From assembly GCA_001662655.1 (NCBI GenBank), contig KV460211.1: 64,000 nt of DNA. One strand, written 5' to 3'. The position numbers and the translations under genes are program-made. This stretch comes from Pseudogymnoascus verrucosus. Its lineage: Eukaryota. Positions 22,379 through 33,002 of the stretch are shown piece by piece (position 1 is the stretch's first letter; each line of letters begins with the position of its first letter). Under the pieces are notes generated by a model. It was not told the DNA's origin. It made no database searches and saw only the letters and a list, made by a program, of their open reading frames with translations.

Positions 22379-25174
22379 ATGGGACGCTCTGCTGCCAACA
22401 AACGACCACAAGGGCCAGCGACGAACCAGCACAACTCGAGGCACGAGAATGGCCTGGTAGGGCCAGGGAAGAGGATACAGAAGCAGAGGAGCAATGGGCA
22501 CATCAATGGCGCGACGCAGCCAACTTCACAACCACCGCCAGTATCGTCGCTCCCCGGAACCCCTCCTCTGCATGAACAGACACGGCCGGGACACACTCGG
22601 CCTCCCAATGGTGCTTCGGACTCCAAGCTCGCCGCCTCTGTCGTCCGACGCGCTTCACTAAGTGGCTACTCCGAATCCTCCTCCTCCGAGTCGTACCAGA
22701 ATGCCGCGACAATGTCAATTCCGCAAGAAACCCATCGCAGAATTGACGTGAACGCGGCCAAGAACCCCGCTGTGCACCGAGACGCTGGCCCTGTGACCTT
22801 CTTGTTCACAGTCCTACGCTCATGCCCGCTCTACGACACAATCGCCATCCTCATCGTACTCCTCCAAGTTCCACCCGCATTCCTCACTCTCATCCACCTC
22901 CTCTTCGCCACGCTCACCTTTGTGCCTCCGTCCACAGGCGCACATTCAAGCTTCACCTTTACCGACATATTTGAGGGGTCGTTGGGAACCCCATCCGTGG
23001 CCACACTCGTGGCTGTAGATCTACTTGTCTTGCTCGTTTGGCTATTCCTGTGGAGCCCTCTACAGGACCTGTCCTTGGATGTGGCGCAGACCGTTATTGC
23101 GCTGACACTGGGCGGAGGCACGACAAGTAAAGATGCGGGTTTCAACAACGTCCTCGTCTGTCTCGGAATCATTGGAGCATCGCATTTTGCTCGCAATGGC
23201 TCTCTCAAGCAGTCACGACTTAGCTTCCTCTTCAACTATTCGCCCGATGTCGATGATCCCCTCGAGAATTCTTCGGCAAATAATAAAGGTGCCTTCATCT
23301 GGGTCCGAACGATCTTAGCAGTCCACATATTAACTCAAGGAATTGTTCGATATATCCGGGATTGGTATATGCGACGGGAAAGACGGGACCTCATTGCATC
23401 CGCAGCTGGGGACCCGGAGGCTGCTAACGGCGCCATATCACAAGGGGAACCTACGAACCAAGTGAGCACGGCGTCAACAGCTACCACCTCTGCCGAAACG
23501 AATGGTTCGGCGAACACCGCAGACAAGTCACTGAATCCGAAAAAGAAACGCAAGGTTGGCGCTCAGGTCCGCATACAGCAGCCACTTTGGGCAGCTCTTG
23601 CTAGCACCAAGGTCGTCATGGCCAAAGAGTACGAGACCTCTCGCACGGCAGCAGAGTCTGCTGGGGCGAATGCCACTGATATCAACAACCTTGGGAACGC
23701 ACCGTTCGACAGTGAAGCTGACCGTATCTGGATCACGCACATTGGTTCCGATGAGGTCTGCTTCAACACTAGCTATTTCCCTTCTCGGGCCGAAACCGAC
23801 CCATCTTCGCCAGAAGACACCATAGACAGCTTCGGGGTTGATCGGTCGAAGCCATTTTTCGTCCGTGTGAATAAGACGGTATGGCAACCGACTCGAATTA
23901 ACCCCCTCGACACAAATAGTGATCAATGGAGCGGCGAGATATTTGGGCTGGCTCCTAATTCAAACTACGAATGCGAATTTGTCGGCACCCTTGACGATGC
24001 CATTATCTTCTCGACCAATGTTCGAACAATGCCGGCTCCGGCCACAGATGCGACACCTCTTCCTGCGCTGTCAACCACCGCACCACGGTCAGCACGACCC
24101 GACTCTCCCACCACAACACTCAAAACGTCCATCCTCTCTGCAGAGGCCAAGCTTAATGAAGAACGCCTTCGTCAGAAGCGTGAACGCAAGGAGCAGAAAA
24201 GCAAGATGCACTCAACCCGAAAGGAGATCGATAAGCTGGGCAGTAACATTGCGTCGTCTGGCGGCAATGATGACCGGTTACGCCAGAAGGTGCAACAGAG
24301 CCATCTTCATGCGCGCCAGGCTGAGGATGCAGTTGCTTCGTTGACTGACCAACTGAGGAGCCTCGAAGATGTTCCCGACGACGACTTCAGGGGGTGGAAG
24401 TGTTCCAAGGTCTCATGGCAATCAGAGAAAGACATCCACAAAGCCTCTCGCAGCAAGTTTCACGAGGCCAAGGTCTCCTCGGAGCATGAGCTACACGCAT
24501 TAACCGCAGAGGTGACGGCTTTCCTTCAGAAGCGCGAGAGGATGCAAAGCCGGATCAGCAAGCTCAACGGAGAGTTTGAGCGTATCACCGATGCCAACGC
24601 ACGGGGTCTCGACGAAGCTCAACGCAAAGCAACCGAACGCGGTGCAAAAGAGGCCGAGCGCGCCCGCACCGAGATGATGTACCTCGAGCGTCTGGATCAG
24701 CTCGAGCCGCAGATCTTCGATATGCAGCAGTCCTTAGCGACACTATGGGCTAGCATCCATGCTCTCCAGAATGCCGAGATCCAGCAGGCCGCATACCTGG
24801 CGTCTCAGGTCCAGCAGCCCTCGCCGACGACGATGAACCCGTTCGAGTTTCCCGATAACGTCGCAGCATCCAATTACCCCTGGAATGCACCGAATGTCAA
24901 TGTCGCCGACTACTCCGTTCCGAGCATGGCGTATACACCACCGCGGCCGCATCGCGGGCGCAGCAGCAGCATGCTGAGTGGCGTCAGCGGGTTTACGCAG
25001 AGCTCGAATGAAGATCCGGGGCCGGTACTGCCAATGCCTAGGCGTGGGAGGAAGATCAGCGACGATGGGAGCAGTGCCAGTGGGACAAGTGGGAGTGTCA
25101 GCGGTCCCAGAAGCCCAGTGGAGACGTCGCTCACCATCCCTTCGAATTGGTCTAACCCTCGGGACGGGTCGTGA
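22379..25174 (+). CDS. acrB: Ubiquitination-network signalling protein AcrB-like (TM segments + coiled coil)
   Basis: 931-aa intronless ORF with RHENG near the N-terminus, a TM block (CPLYDTIAILIVLLQVPP..), QVRIQQPLWAALASTKV and a long C-terminal coiled coil. Matches my recollection of Aspergillus AcrB. Confidence 0.75.
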   Translation: MGRSAANKRPQGPATNQHNSRHENGLVGPGKRIQKQRSNGHINGATQPTSQPPPVSSLPGTPPLHEQTRPGHTRPPNGASDSKLAASVVRRASLSGYSESSSSESYQNAATMSIPQETHRRIDVNAAKNPAVHRDAGPVTFLFTVLRSCPLYDTIAILIVLLQVPPAFLTLIHLLFATLTFVPPSTGAHSSFTFTDIFEGSLGTPSVATLVAVDLLVLLVWLFLWSPLQDLSLDVAQTVIALTLGGGTTSKDAGFNNVLVCLGIIGASHFARNGSLKQSRLSFLFNYSPDVDDPLENSSANNKGAFIWVRTILAVHILTQGIVRYIRDWYMRRERRDLIASAAGDPEAANGAISQGEPTNQVSTASTATTSAETNGSANTADKSLNPKKKRKVGAQVRIQQPLWAALASTKVVMAKEYETSRTAAESAGANATDINNLGNAPFDSEADRIWITHIGSDEVCFNTSYFPSRAETDPSSPEDTIDSFGVDRSKPFFVRVNKTVWQPTRINPLDTNSDQWSGEIFGLAPNSNYECEFVGTLDDAIIFSTNVRTMPAPATDATPLPALSTTAPRSARPDSPTTTLKTSILSAEAKLNEERLRQKRERKEQKSKMHSTRKEIDKLGSNIASSGGNDDRLRQKVQQSHLHARQAEDAVASLTDQLRSLEDVPDDDFRGWKCSKVSWQSEKDIHKASRSKFHEAKVSSEHELHALTAEVTAFLQKRERMQSRISKLNGEFERITDANARGLDEAQRKATERGAKEAERARTEMMYLERLDQLEPQIFDMQQSLATLWASIHALQNAEIQQAAYLASQVQQPSPTTMNPFEFPDNVAASNYPWNAPNVNVADYSVPSMAYTPPRPHRGRSSSMLSGVSGFTQSSNEDPGPVLPMPRRGRKISDDGSSASGTSGSVSGPRSPVETSLTIPSNWSNPRDGS

Positions 25175-25426
25175 TTTGGCATGGGTTGTTAGCCACATAG
25201 AGAATATTAGTTTTCGCTTCTTACTTTCTGTCCTGGCTCAGTTGTGTTGCATTGTAAATTTGATAAAGTAAACGTGAATTGTAGTCCCAAATTCAATTTG
25301 TATGGGGGTATGTGCTAACTAAACCAAACTATAACCCATAGGCAAGCAACTCCTAGAAAATCGTAAATCACACCTCAATCTTAGATTCGGCTTAAAAACT
25401 TCAATCCCCGTCATCCATCTCTATCC

Positions 25427-28400
25427 CTACCCTGGTTTTCCATTTACCTTCCACTTTCCTTTCTCCTTCTCTTTCTCCCCCTCGCCTCCCTTCCACTTCC
25501 ACTTCCACTTTCCCTTCTCTTTTCCCACGTCTCCCTTTGACTTCAACTTCTCCTTCCACTTCCCCTTCCCTTTATCCACACTCCTCTCCTTCTCTTCTTC
25601 CTCCTTCTCTTTCTCCTTCTCATTCACTTCCTTTGTGCCAATCCCCACAGAATACTCTCGCCCTCCCTTCCCTCTTTCAATATCAACTCCAATTGCATAA
25701 CCCCCACTCTCAGTCTCTATATGCACTGATTTCTCATTCTCATTGCTCTCCCACCTAGCACACAACTCCTTATGGTTCACGACAACCCCCATACCCGACA
25801 CATGCTTCGCTGGCATCGAAAGCTGCGCCTTGAAAAGCTCCTGCGCAGCCTCACTGTGTTCACAGAAATGCATGTTTGCAACGTACCATTCCATTCCCTG
25901 CGTCTCAGCAATTATAGGCTCGCAAAAGCGCGAGTGCTCGCGCTGGAAGCGGAAGGGTGTTATAGCTGCTGCGTGTGGGGCATCCTGGGGATACGCAATG
26001 CCTAGAGCACAGAAGGCAAGGAAGGAGTCCAGAGGTGCCTGGATGATGGCGCTTAGTGTCTGCTTGCAGTTAGCGCATGCTTTCATTCTGGGTTCAGTGG
26101 GAAGATTCTTACCTTCGGTGCGTAGACCTTATAAAATGGATCAAGCGGGAAAGGAGGCTTGGTTGCTAAATTATCCATCCCCACAGCGCGAATGAACTCT
26201 TCCGTTTCATCAGAGCGATAGTTTCCACATGACAGCGGGAAGGCACGGCGATCAACATTGTCCGACAGGTGGCTTCCCTGGTGGCCCCAATCGGCGATAT
26301 GCACGTATCCCGCGTCAGAATCACAAACAGGGAGCCAGAACCGCGGAGCGCCGCCTTCGATATCCCCCAATGCATCACCACCCCAGTCAAGATACGGATC
26401 CGCATTGCCGCGAGTCTTGTAATACTCATATAGGCGCGCCATCGCATCCTTGACACCGAAATTGAGCGGAGCACCCTGTACGGTATCGAAGCCGTGCATG
26501 GGCATGCTGAAGCCACGCTTTTCCTGTGACCAGCACTCAATTTGGCATACTTTGTCCGGGCGCGGACAGATCCGCATCTGACGCTCAAGATCGGATTTGG
26601 GGGATTGTGGGTCATGGCCATCACCAGGGTCGCCATATTTTTCGCGTGCAGCAGCACTGAATTCCCAGTCGTTGAAGCCGTCGCAGAACATCTTAGCTTG
26701 GGGATGGGAGTTACATTTCATGAAGCATTTGGCGGCGCGGTAGGAAGCGGCCATCAGGCCTTCTTTCATGGCTGTTGTCATGAGGCTATAATTGGTCAGT
26801 CGGTGGTTGGGATTAAAGGAGAGTGGGACTAACTCTTCCATTTGATAAGGGTCCGTGAGTATTTGGACGACTCCAGTCTCGTTGGCCCAGATGGGGGAGG
26901 CTATCATAGATGATAATACCGAAGGGCCACTATCAAAAAACGTTCCGCGATTGAGCTGCTTCGTGCTCGCGCTCAAAGACTTGCGGAAGGCCTGGCTCGC
27001 TGCGAGTAGGGCGTTCCTCAACACAGTGATCTGCGTCGGGTCATCTGTTTTAATCATACCAAGGCCCTCGCAGAGGCGTTCGGGCGATGGGCCAGCAAGT
27101 GCCTTCGCGTTCCACATGCGCCAGATGCGCAGGGCCTTGCTGAAGATGAATACTGGGGCGGGCATGTCGAGAATCTTGCCAGGAACGAGCTGCGTTGCGG
27201 TTGGCGAGGCGAGAACCATACTGCTCATCATGGCGGCGATTCCTATTTCAGTGACGAAGTCGTTTACATTTTTGACGCTGGTGCGGATGAAGGTGCATGT
27301 CTTGGTTGCTTCTCCTGAGACCCTCTGTGTGCATGTCGTGATGATAGGGTCGATGTAGCCTCCAACATTTACGTGCGATGCCAAAAGAGTGTCCTACATA
27401 GTCAGTAACCAAGGGAGAGAATATATGATAGTTGACTTACATAGTAGGTCTTCAGCACCAGGTTAACCGTGTTGTGCAATTTCATCACAAAATACACCTT
27501 CCGTGCCAACTCTTTATCGCCTTGGTACTGCATCATGATGGTGCTACAGCTTGGCCTCCTCGTGCAGCCACCCATCTCCAAGCCACAATCATAATCATCA
27601 TCTCCCAAGAACACATGGCCAAAAAGTCTCACCTCGCCATATGCCGCAAATCGCGGCCCCAGCGGCCCTGAGCTTGCCTCCTGCGTCCATGCTTGGTACC
27701 ATTCCCACACGCCAGACTCCTCCAGGTTGGCAGCCGTCATCTCAAAGTAGCCGAAGTCGTCCATGCAACCACGGCCAAACTGGGGGAGCGCAAATGGCGC
27801 TGCTTTGGATAGGCGTCGCAACGAGGATTCGGGTGAAAATCTACTGATGTTGTAAGGACGAATCCCAGTGGAGTTGGAGAAGTAGTTGAACGTGTTGTTA
27901 GCCCCATTCGAGGCGACGATCGCGCATGTCTGTTCTAGCGCGGCGAGATCTATGGGAGCCAACTTCTTGCTGGCATCTTCGAAAGCAGAAGGACTGCAGA
28001 TCATAGACGTCCAGCGTGCCTCGGATATATTCTGACGGTCAGCGAAACGGAACATGTCGGATGCAAAAGCATCCGCGGCAGCAAGAGTATTGCTTGTATT
28101 CAAGCTTGCAAGGCTCACGCTTGTAAGATTGTTTGCTTTGGCATATCCAGTGCCTCCAAATTCCTCTTTATGCGTGCCATTTAATATCTCTGTGATCACC
28201 CGAGTGAGAGATGAGTTCTGAGGTATAGTAGTCGTATTAAACCGGGGCGTTGTTGGTGTAGTCGGAGTCGGGAGATATGCCGTCGTAGACGTCGATGTCT
28301 CTTTGCTGCTGGTCGGTAACTCTGATATAGTCTTGCTTGTCAGTGTATATGTCAGCTTATTGCGAGTCGAGGTTGTTTTCAAGTTCGAGGTATGCATCGA

Positions 28401-28541
28401 GGAATGCGTGGAGTTGGAGGCCATCGTCGACGAGTTTGTCGCTGTCGAATTTGAAACGATGCCATTTCCACTGGTAGGGAGTGCAACTGCAAGCTGAATA
28501 CCTAATAGATTAGTTACCCAGAGGGCAGGTGGATAGCGCAT
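25427..28541 (-). CDS. ~1000-aa putative secreted Cys-containing protein of unknown function, 2 introns
   Basis: Signal-peptide-like MRYPPALWVTNLLGIQLAVALP followed by a Ser/Thr-rich region with many NxS/T sites. Exons 28541-27441, 27393-26113 and ~26059-25427 join in frame through GTAAGT..TAG and GTAAGA..CAG introns. Lys/Glu/Trp-rich tail. Confidence 0.75.
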
Positions 28542-29074
28542 TATGCGGTCTTTGTTGATGAAAATGGAGCACAAGGCATCAAATACAGCAATAGTCGCCA
28601 AAGAGCCAGCAAAATGGGATAAAAGAGACAAGAATATGAGAGACTGCACTTACAATAAAATATCTAAGCTAGGAAATAATGAATCACGCCCATAATCACC
28701 CGGTGGGGTGTGTGGTTCCCGTCAGTTTGGTTGGCAGAAAAGGTTAAATCTCCATAGCGTGGACTCTAAATTAGTTAGCGGCACGCCCCTGTCGTCGCCG
28801 TCATGTCTAAACCAACCAAAATAAATTGGTAAGATATGAGTACCACAGAAAGTATGCCACAAGGCGGCCTAACAACCCGTACCTTGCCATCTACACCCAT
28901 AAAGGTTCTCAAATCAGACAATATTCAAGGTCCGATGACTCCGTTTGAGAGGTACGAGTGCTTAGTCGCCACACATGGCCACGGATCGTGGGGACCCGGG
29001 ACCAAGGTCTGGATGAAACTTTTCATGAATAACAGCCCATGTGTGGCCTGATTTAACGAAGATATAGTCCGACG

Positions 29075-29558
29075 ACAAACCTCGGACTATCGTGGCGGCG
29101 AACGAGAAGAAGGAATATAACAAAGGCCTGTAGGAGGACTATGTCAGAGACGATCAGAAAGTCGGCCTTGGCCAGAGCATGCTCTAGGCCGAGACGGAAC
29201 TTAAGACTCAGTTCTGATTTCGTATAACCAAAGTTAGTTATGATCTAGGAGCCGTAAGTAATGGTTTCCGAACGAAACTCAAACAGGGCGAAACTCACAT
29301 CGTCTTCCTCCATCGAAGTTACTGCCGCATAGTAGATGGAGAACAGCAGGGCTTCATTCGCTGGCGTAAGGCTGTGCGCATGGCTGTCACGCATATCGCG
29401 GAGGTCGGAAAGCGGATGGAGCGACACACACGACGGCAATTGGTGCATGGCGCCAGCTTGTCACAGCGCACTTTTCGGCTTCAACAGACCACGCAGCTGC
29501 GCAACTTGGGGGTGGGGTCGGACCTAGATGCAGGTGGAGGCGGAGACGCAGAGGACAT
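29075..29558 (-). pseudogene. Zn(II)2Cys6 / Fungal_trans transcription factor pseudogene
   Basis: ATG at 29558 gives MSSASPPPP..KLRSCVVC*SRKVRCDKLAPCTNCRR, with TGA at 29481-29483 inside the zinc cluster. This is followed almost immediately, out of frame, by middle-homology sequence EALLFSIYYAAVTSMEEDD and FRLGLEHALAKADFL..LLQAFVIFL..RRHDSPRFV. Confidence 0.85.
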
Positions 29559-30747
29559 CGCGCTTTTCTCGGACACGAAAGACAAGCTTGTCGCGCGTGC
29601 GGTCTCTGATGCCGGAACCTTGCCGGCCGGCCCTGAGATTGCCGGGTTCAAACGATGCACTTTCTTTTACTGGAGATGTTTGGTTTTATTAGCGTGTGTG
29701 CGATCTGTGATTGCATGCGCGATCTTCTTGGCTGTGTTGCGGGGTAGCTACTCTATCTCACGGCACCTTGTTGGAGCTTGTTCCAATCCGTGGTGCAAAC
29801 AAGCCTGCGTGAGCCAGGGACTACAATGCCTTACAGTGCAAGATTCACGACATATCAGCCCTGTAACGATGCGTCCCAGGAGGCTCATTGTATCCGATTA
29901 GAGGATTTTCAATCTCAACAGCAAACACCAAGCAGGACCTCCATGCCGCGTGGACCCATCCTGATCCTGGAGACTAGCGTCTTATGCCAGCCGGAAGCTA
30001 AAATATGACGTGCCCCACTTCAAGGGAAGGGCCGTCGAAAACAAACACAATCCTTGTCTCATAAAACTATAGAGTGCATAAAACAGTTATTGGGGGAGGA
30101 TATGAGGAGGTGAATTGACGAAGCCTCTTGGTTTTGATTATGTTTGAATCAAATCCATACTCCATTCACCTTTGAACGAACCTAAGCAAGGACAGAATTA
30201 CGGAGATCCATATATGTAGTTTTCACTTGAAGCTATCTACTATCCACTATGCAATACTGAAGTTGCTCGTATCTATAGGAAACATGCGTTTATTTAATGG
30301 TTACTTCCGCAAGGTTTGGATGTCGGTAGGCATGTAGCAGTTGAAAAATATAATGCTGTATAGTACATTCCTTCTCCGTTTGTATCTCAACATGAGATTG
30401 ACACCAATCAACTGACAACCGGAAAGCTTAATTTGATTTCATCCGTTTGCTCGGTAGCAAAGGATTGGTATAAATCGCAAACAGAGAGCGTTTTCTCTTC
30501 CTTCTTCTTCCACCTCTCCAACAAATAGAATCTACAGTCAAGCCCCAGACCCTTTAGGTAAGCCGACCCAGCACCATAAAAGACGAGAACATCCCATTCC
30601 TGTCCATCAACCTCACAACCGCATCCATACCTGTTCACTCCATCTCGCAACCAAATCCATACTCACAAAAGAAGGTCTATCTACCACACTTTCACAATCA
30701 CCATACCCCACACACCCTACAACCAACACACCACACCTCCCGACAAA

Positions 30748-31437
30748 ATGGGCACCCGCCACCTCATCTGCGTCTTCTACCTTGGCCGCTTCGTAATCGC
30801 CCAATACGGCCAATTCGACGGCTACCCCGAAGTGCAAGGCCTAGCCGTCATCACCTTCCTCCTCGCTCCTAGCAACATCGCGCGCCTCAAAGCCGGGCTA
30901 ACACACACCTACACCCCCACCGCCGAAGAAGTGGAGGAGATGACCCGATCGATTGCTCGACAGGGGGAGGAGTACCACGCCGCCTTGGTGCGCGGGGAGG
31001 TCAGCGTGATGAGCCGGATGAAACCTACCTGTCCGTCTATGTGGCGCGAGACGAGCGCGGGGGTGTTGGAGGTTGTGGCGGGTGCTACGGCGGGGGCGAC
31101 GGTGCCGATTTATCAGGAGTTGGGGTTTATTCATGATGGGCTGTTTTGCGAGTGGGCGTATGTGGTTGATCTTGATGCGGAGGTGTTAGAGGTGTACAGT
31201 GGGGTTGAGAAGGAGCGTGAGGGGTCTAGTCAGCGGTTTAAGGATGTGGATGGGGCGGAGAAGGGGTGGGTGCCGGCGTTGGTTAAGAGTTTTGCTTTTG
31301 CGGAGCTCCCTGGGACGAAGGACGACCTTGTTCGGGAGATTAATGAGGCTATCGAGGTGAGGGCTCGGGAGGCGCTGGCTCGGGAGCAGGGAAAGGATGG
31401 TGGCGACAACGCTGCTGCTGTTTCGGCTGTTCTCTGA
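30748..31437 (+). CDS. Intronless hypothetical protein with MGTR..QYGQxDGYP..G and FCEWAYVVDLD motifs
   Basis: 229-aa ORF with good start context (AAAATGG), a C/A-rich leader and globular composition. Confidence 0.8.
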   Translation: MGTRHLICVFYLGRFVIAQYGQFDGYPEVQGLAVITFLLAPSNIARLKAGLTHTYTPTAEEVEEMTRSIARQGEEYHAALVRGEVSVMSRMKPTCPSMWRETSAGVLEVVAGATAGATVPIYQELGFIHDGLFCEWAYVVDLDAEVLEVYSGVEKEREGSSQRFKDVDGAEKGWVPALVKSFAFAELPGTKDDLVREINEAIEVRAREALAREQGKDGGDNAAAVSAVL

Positions 31438-31633
31438 GAGCGGTCACTGCTGCGTCTGTTCTCTGAGAGAAGGTCCACGTCGCGCATTCAAGGCATTCTC
31501 GCAGGAAGTACCAGACTGTATTTGAGGTTTCTCATTCTAATTCTATTGTGATAAAAACTACTCGCTCCTCAGTGCTAAGAATTACTTTGGTGTACCAGCA
31601 CCATCCCATCTATAATTGCCATGTCTCGCTCAC

Positions 31634-32416
31634 TCATACAGCTCCCGCTCCATCTCTCTCTCCCAACACCCTTCCTTCAATCGCACTCACACTCCCACCC
31701 CTCATCTCACCCCTGTTCTTCACTCTCCCGATCCACGAGCCCGCGCCGAAAAACCTCATCGGTTCCTCTTCACCCGTCACCCAGTCTGCGCTCGCCCTTC
31801 TCTGTGGCGGCCATGCCCAGTCTCCACTCTCCCAAGTCATCGACGATGCGCGTCTCCCCGCCGTCACTCCAGCGACACTAGCGAAACTGAATGTCCCCCA
31901 CTCCTCGCTCGTGCGGTGGCCGGTGCTGATATGACTGCTATGACTCCTCGCGCGCTGTCTCTCCTTCCCCTTGCCCTTCCCTTTCTTCTTCTTCTCCCCC
32001 ATCACTAGGACATTTTCCCCCGTAGGTGAAGCGGGTATTACCTCCGGCACTGGCAAAAACCGCAATTTCTTCCCCTTCCTCTTCTCCTCCGCACTTTCAA
32101 CCTCGTAGTCCCTCACTGGCGGACCCCCACGCACTCCAACGTCCCACATCCCCCTCTCGCGACACACGCGACGCCCCCTCTCCTTGCAGCGTCGGAGGAT
32201 CTTCTCTTCGCGGGGCACGCCGCCGACGAAGCCGTCGCGCGCGAGGCGGCGGTCGAAGAGGACGGAGAGGCGGAGGAGGAAGATGAGGAGGCAGCCGAGG
32301 AGGATGAGGGAGAGGATTGTGGTGAGGAAGGCGAGGTAGGAGGCGGCGATGAGCTCGGCGGGGAGGGAGGTTTCGGCGTCGAAGTCGGGGCGGTAGGGGG
32401 GTTGGAGTTTGGGCAT
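31634..32416 (-). CDS. Orphan single-pass membrane protein (~260 aa)
   Basis: ATG at 32416 (MPKLQPPYRPDF), a long hydrophobic helix LIAASYLAFLTTILSLILLGCLLIFLL, then a basic low-complexity cytosolic tail. Confidence 0.6.
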   Translation of the reverse strand: MPKLQPPYRPDFDAETSLPAELIAASYLAFLTTILSLILLGCLLIFLLRLSVLFDRRLARDGFVGGVPREEKILRRCKERGRRVCRERGMWDVGVRGGPPVRDYEVESAEEKRKGKKLRFLPVPEVIPASPTGENVLVMGEKKKKGKGKGKERQRARSHSSHISTGHRTSEEWGTFSFASVAGVTAGRRASSMTWESGDWAWPPQRRASADWVTGEEEPMRFFGAGSWIGRVKNRGEMRGGSVSAIEGRVLGERDGAGAV

Positions 32417-32593
32417 GGGGGGGGTTGGGTGGGTGTGGTGTGGTGGTTTTTGGATGGTAGGTTGTGGTGGTGGTTGTGGTAACGAGTGTGCTAGAATGAG
32501 TGAAATGCTTTTTTGGCACTTGAAGAGATTCTGTTGCTGTGGTTTGTCGAGTACTTGTTTCTCATGCGCTGAGTGAGTGTCTAATAGAGCTGT

Positions 32594-32870
32594 CCCTGAC
32601 GTTCCTGACGTTTTTGCATTTTGAGAGGCAGGTGCGATATGTGACGTTCCTGCCGTTTTGAATATCGAGGTGGCAGGTGTGATGCTCCAACGTTCCTGCC
32701 GTTGTGGGCTTCGGGTATATCTGCTGTGCTCTTTTGTGTGGCAGGAGCGATGCTCTAACCTTCCCGCTGCTCTGTACAGCTCCACAGGGAAGGAGCAATG
32801 GTCCTACCTTCCTCTGCTGTTTTTTTGCACGCCAAAATGGCAGGAGCAACGCTCCTCGCTCCTTCCTCGT
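32594..32870. repeat. Array of ~32-bp degenerate palindromic repeats with unique spacers
   Basis: Consensus GGCAGGWGYRATGCTCYAACSTTCCTGCCGTT. Copies start at 32627, 32672, 32740, 32788 and 32839, plus a right-half copy at 32599. Confidence 0.75.
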
Positions 32871-33002
32871 ATTCGAGCTTCTCTCATCTCTATTCCACCA
32901 AATCCCTCTGTATACTGCTCATCCCCAGTATAATCCTTTCTCTCATAAAATTCGAACCCATATAATCCAAGTCCCTTGAAATCCGGTGTTCTATAGCTCT
33001 CT

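Noticed and set aside
32417..32785. 123-codon N-terminal extension of the orphan TM protein (ORF 31634-32785)
   Set aside because: It has only a GTG start and no ATG. The C/A-rich strand is stop-poor, and the repeat array does not keep frame.
32594..32870. Calling the palindromic repeat array a CRISPR
   Set aside because: Eukaryotic context, no cas genes, degenerate repeats, and short irregular spacers.
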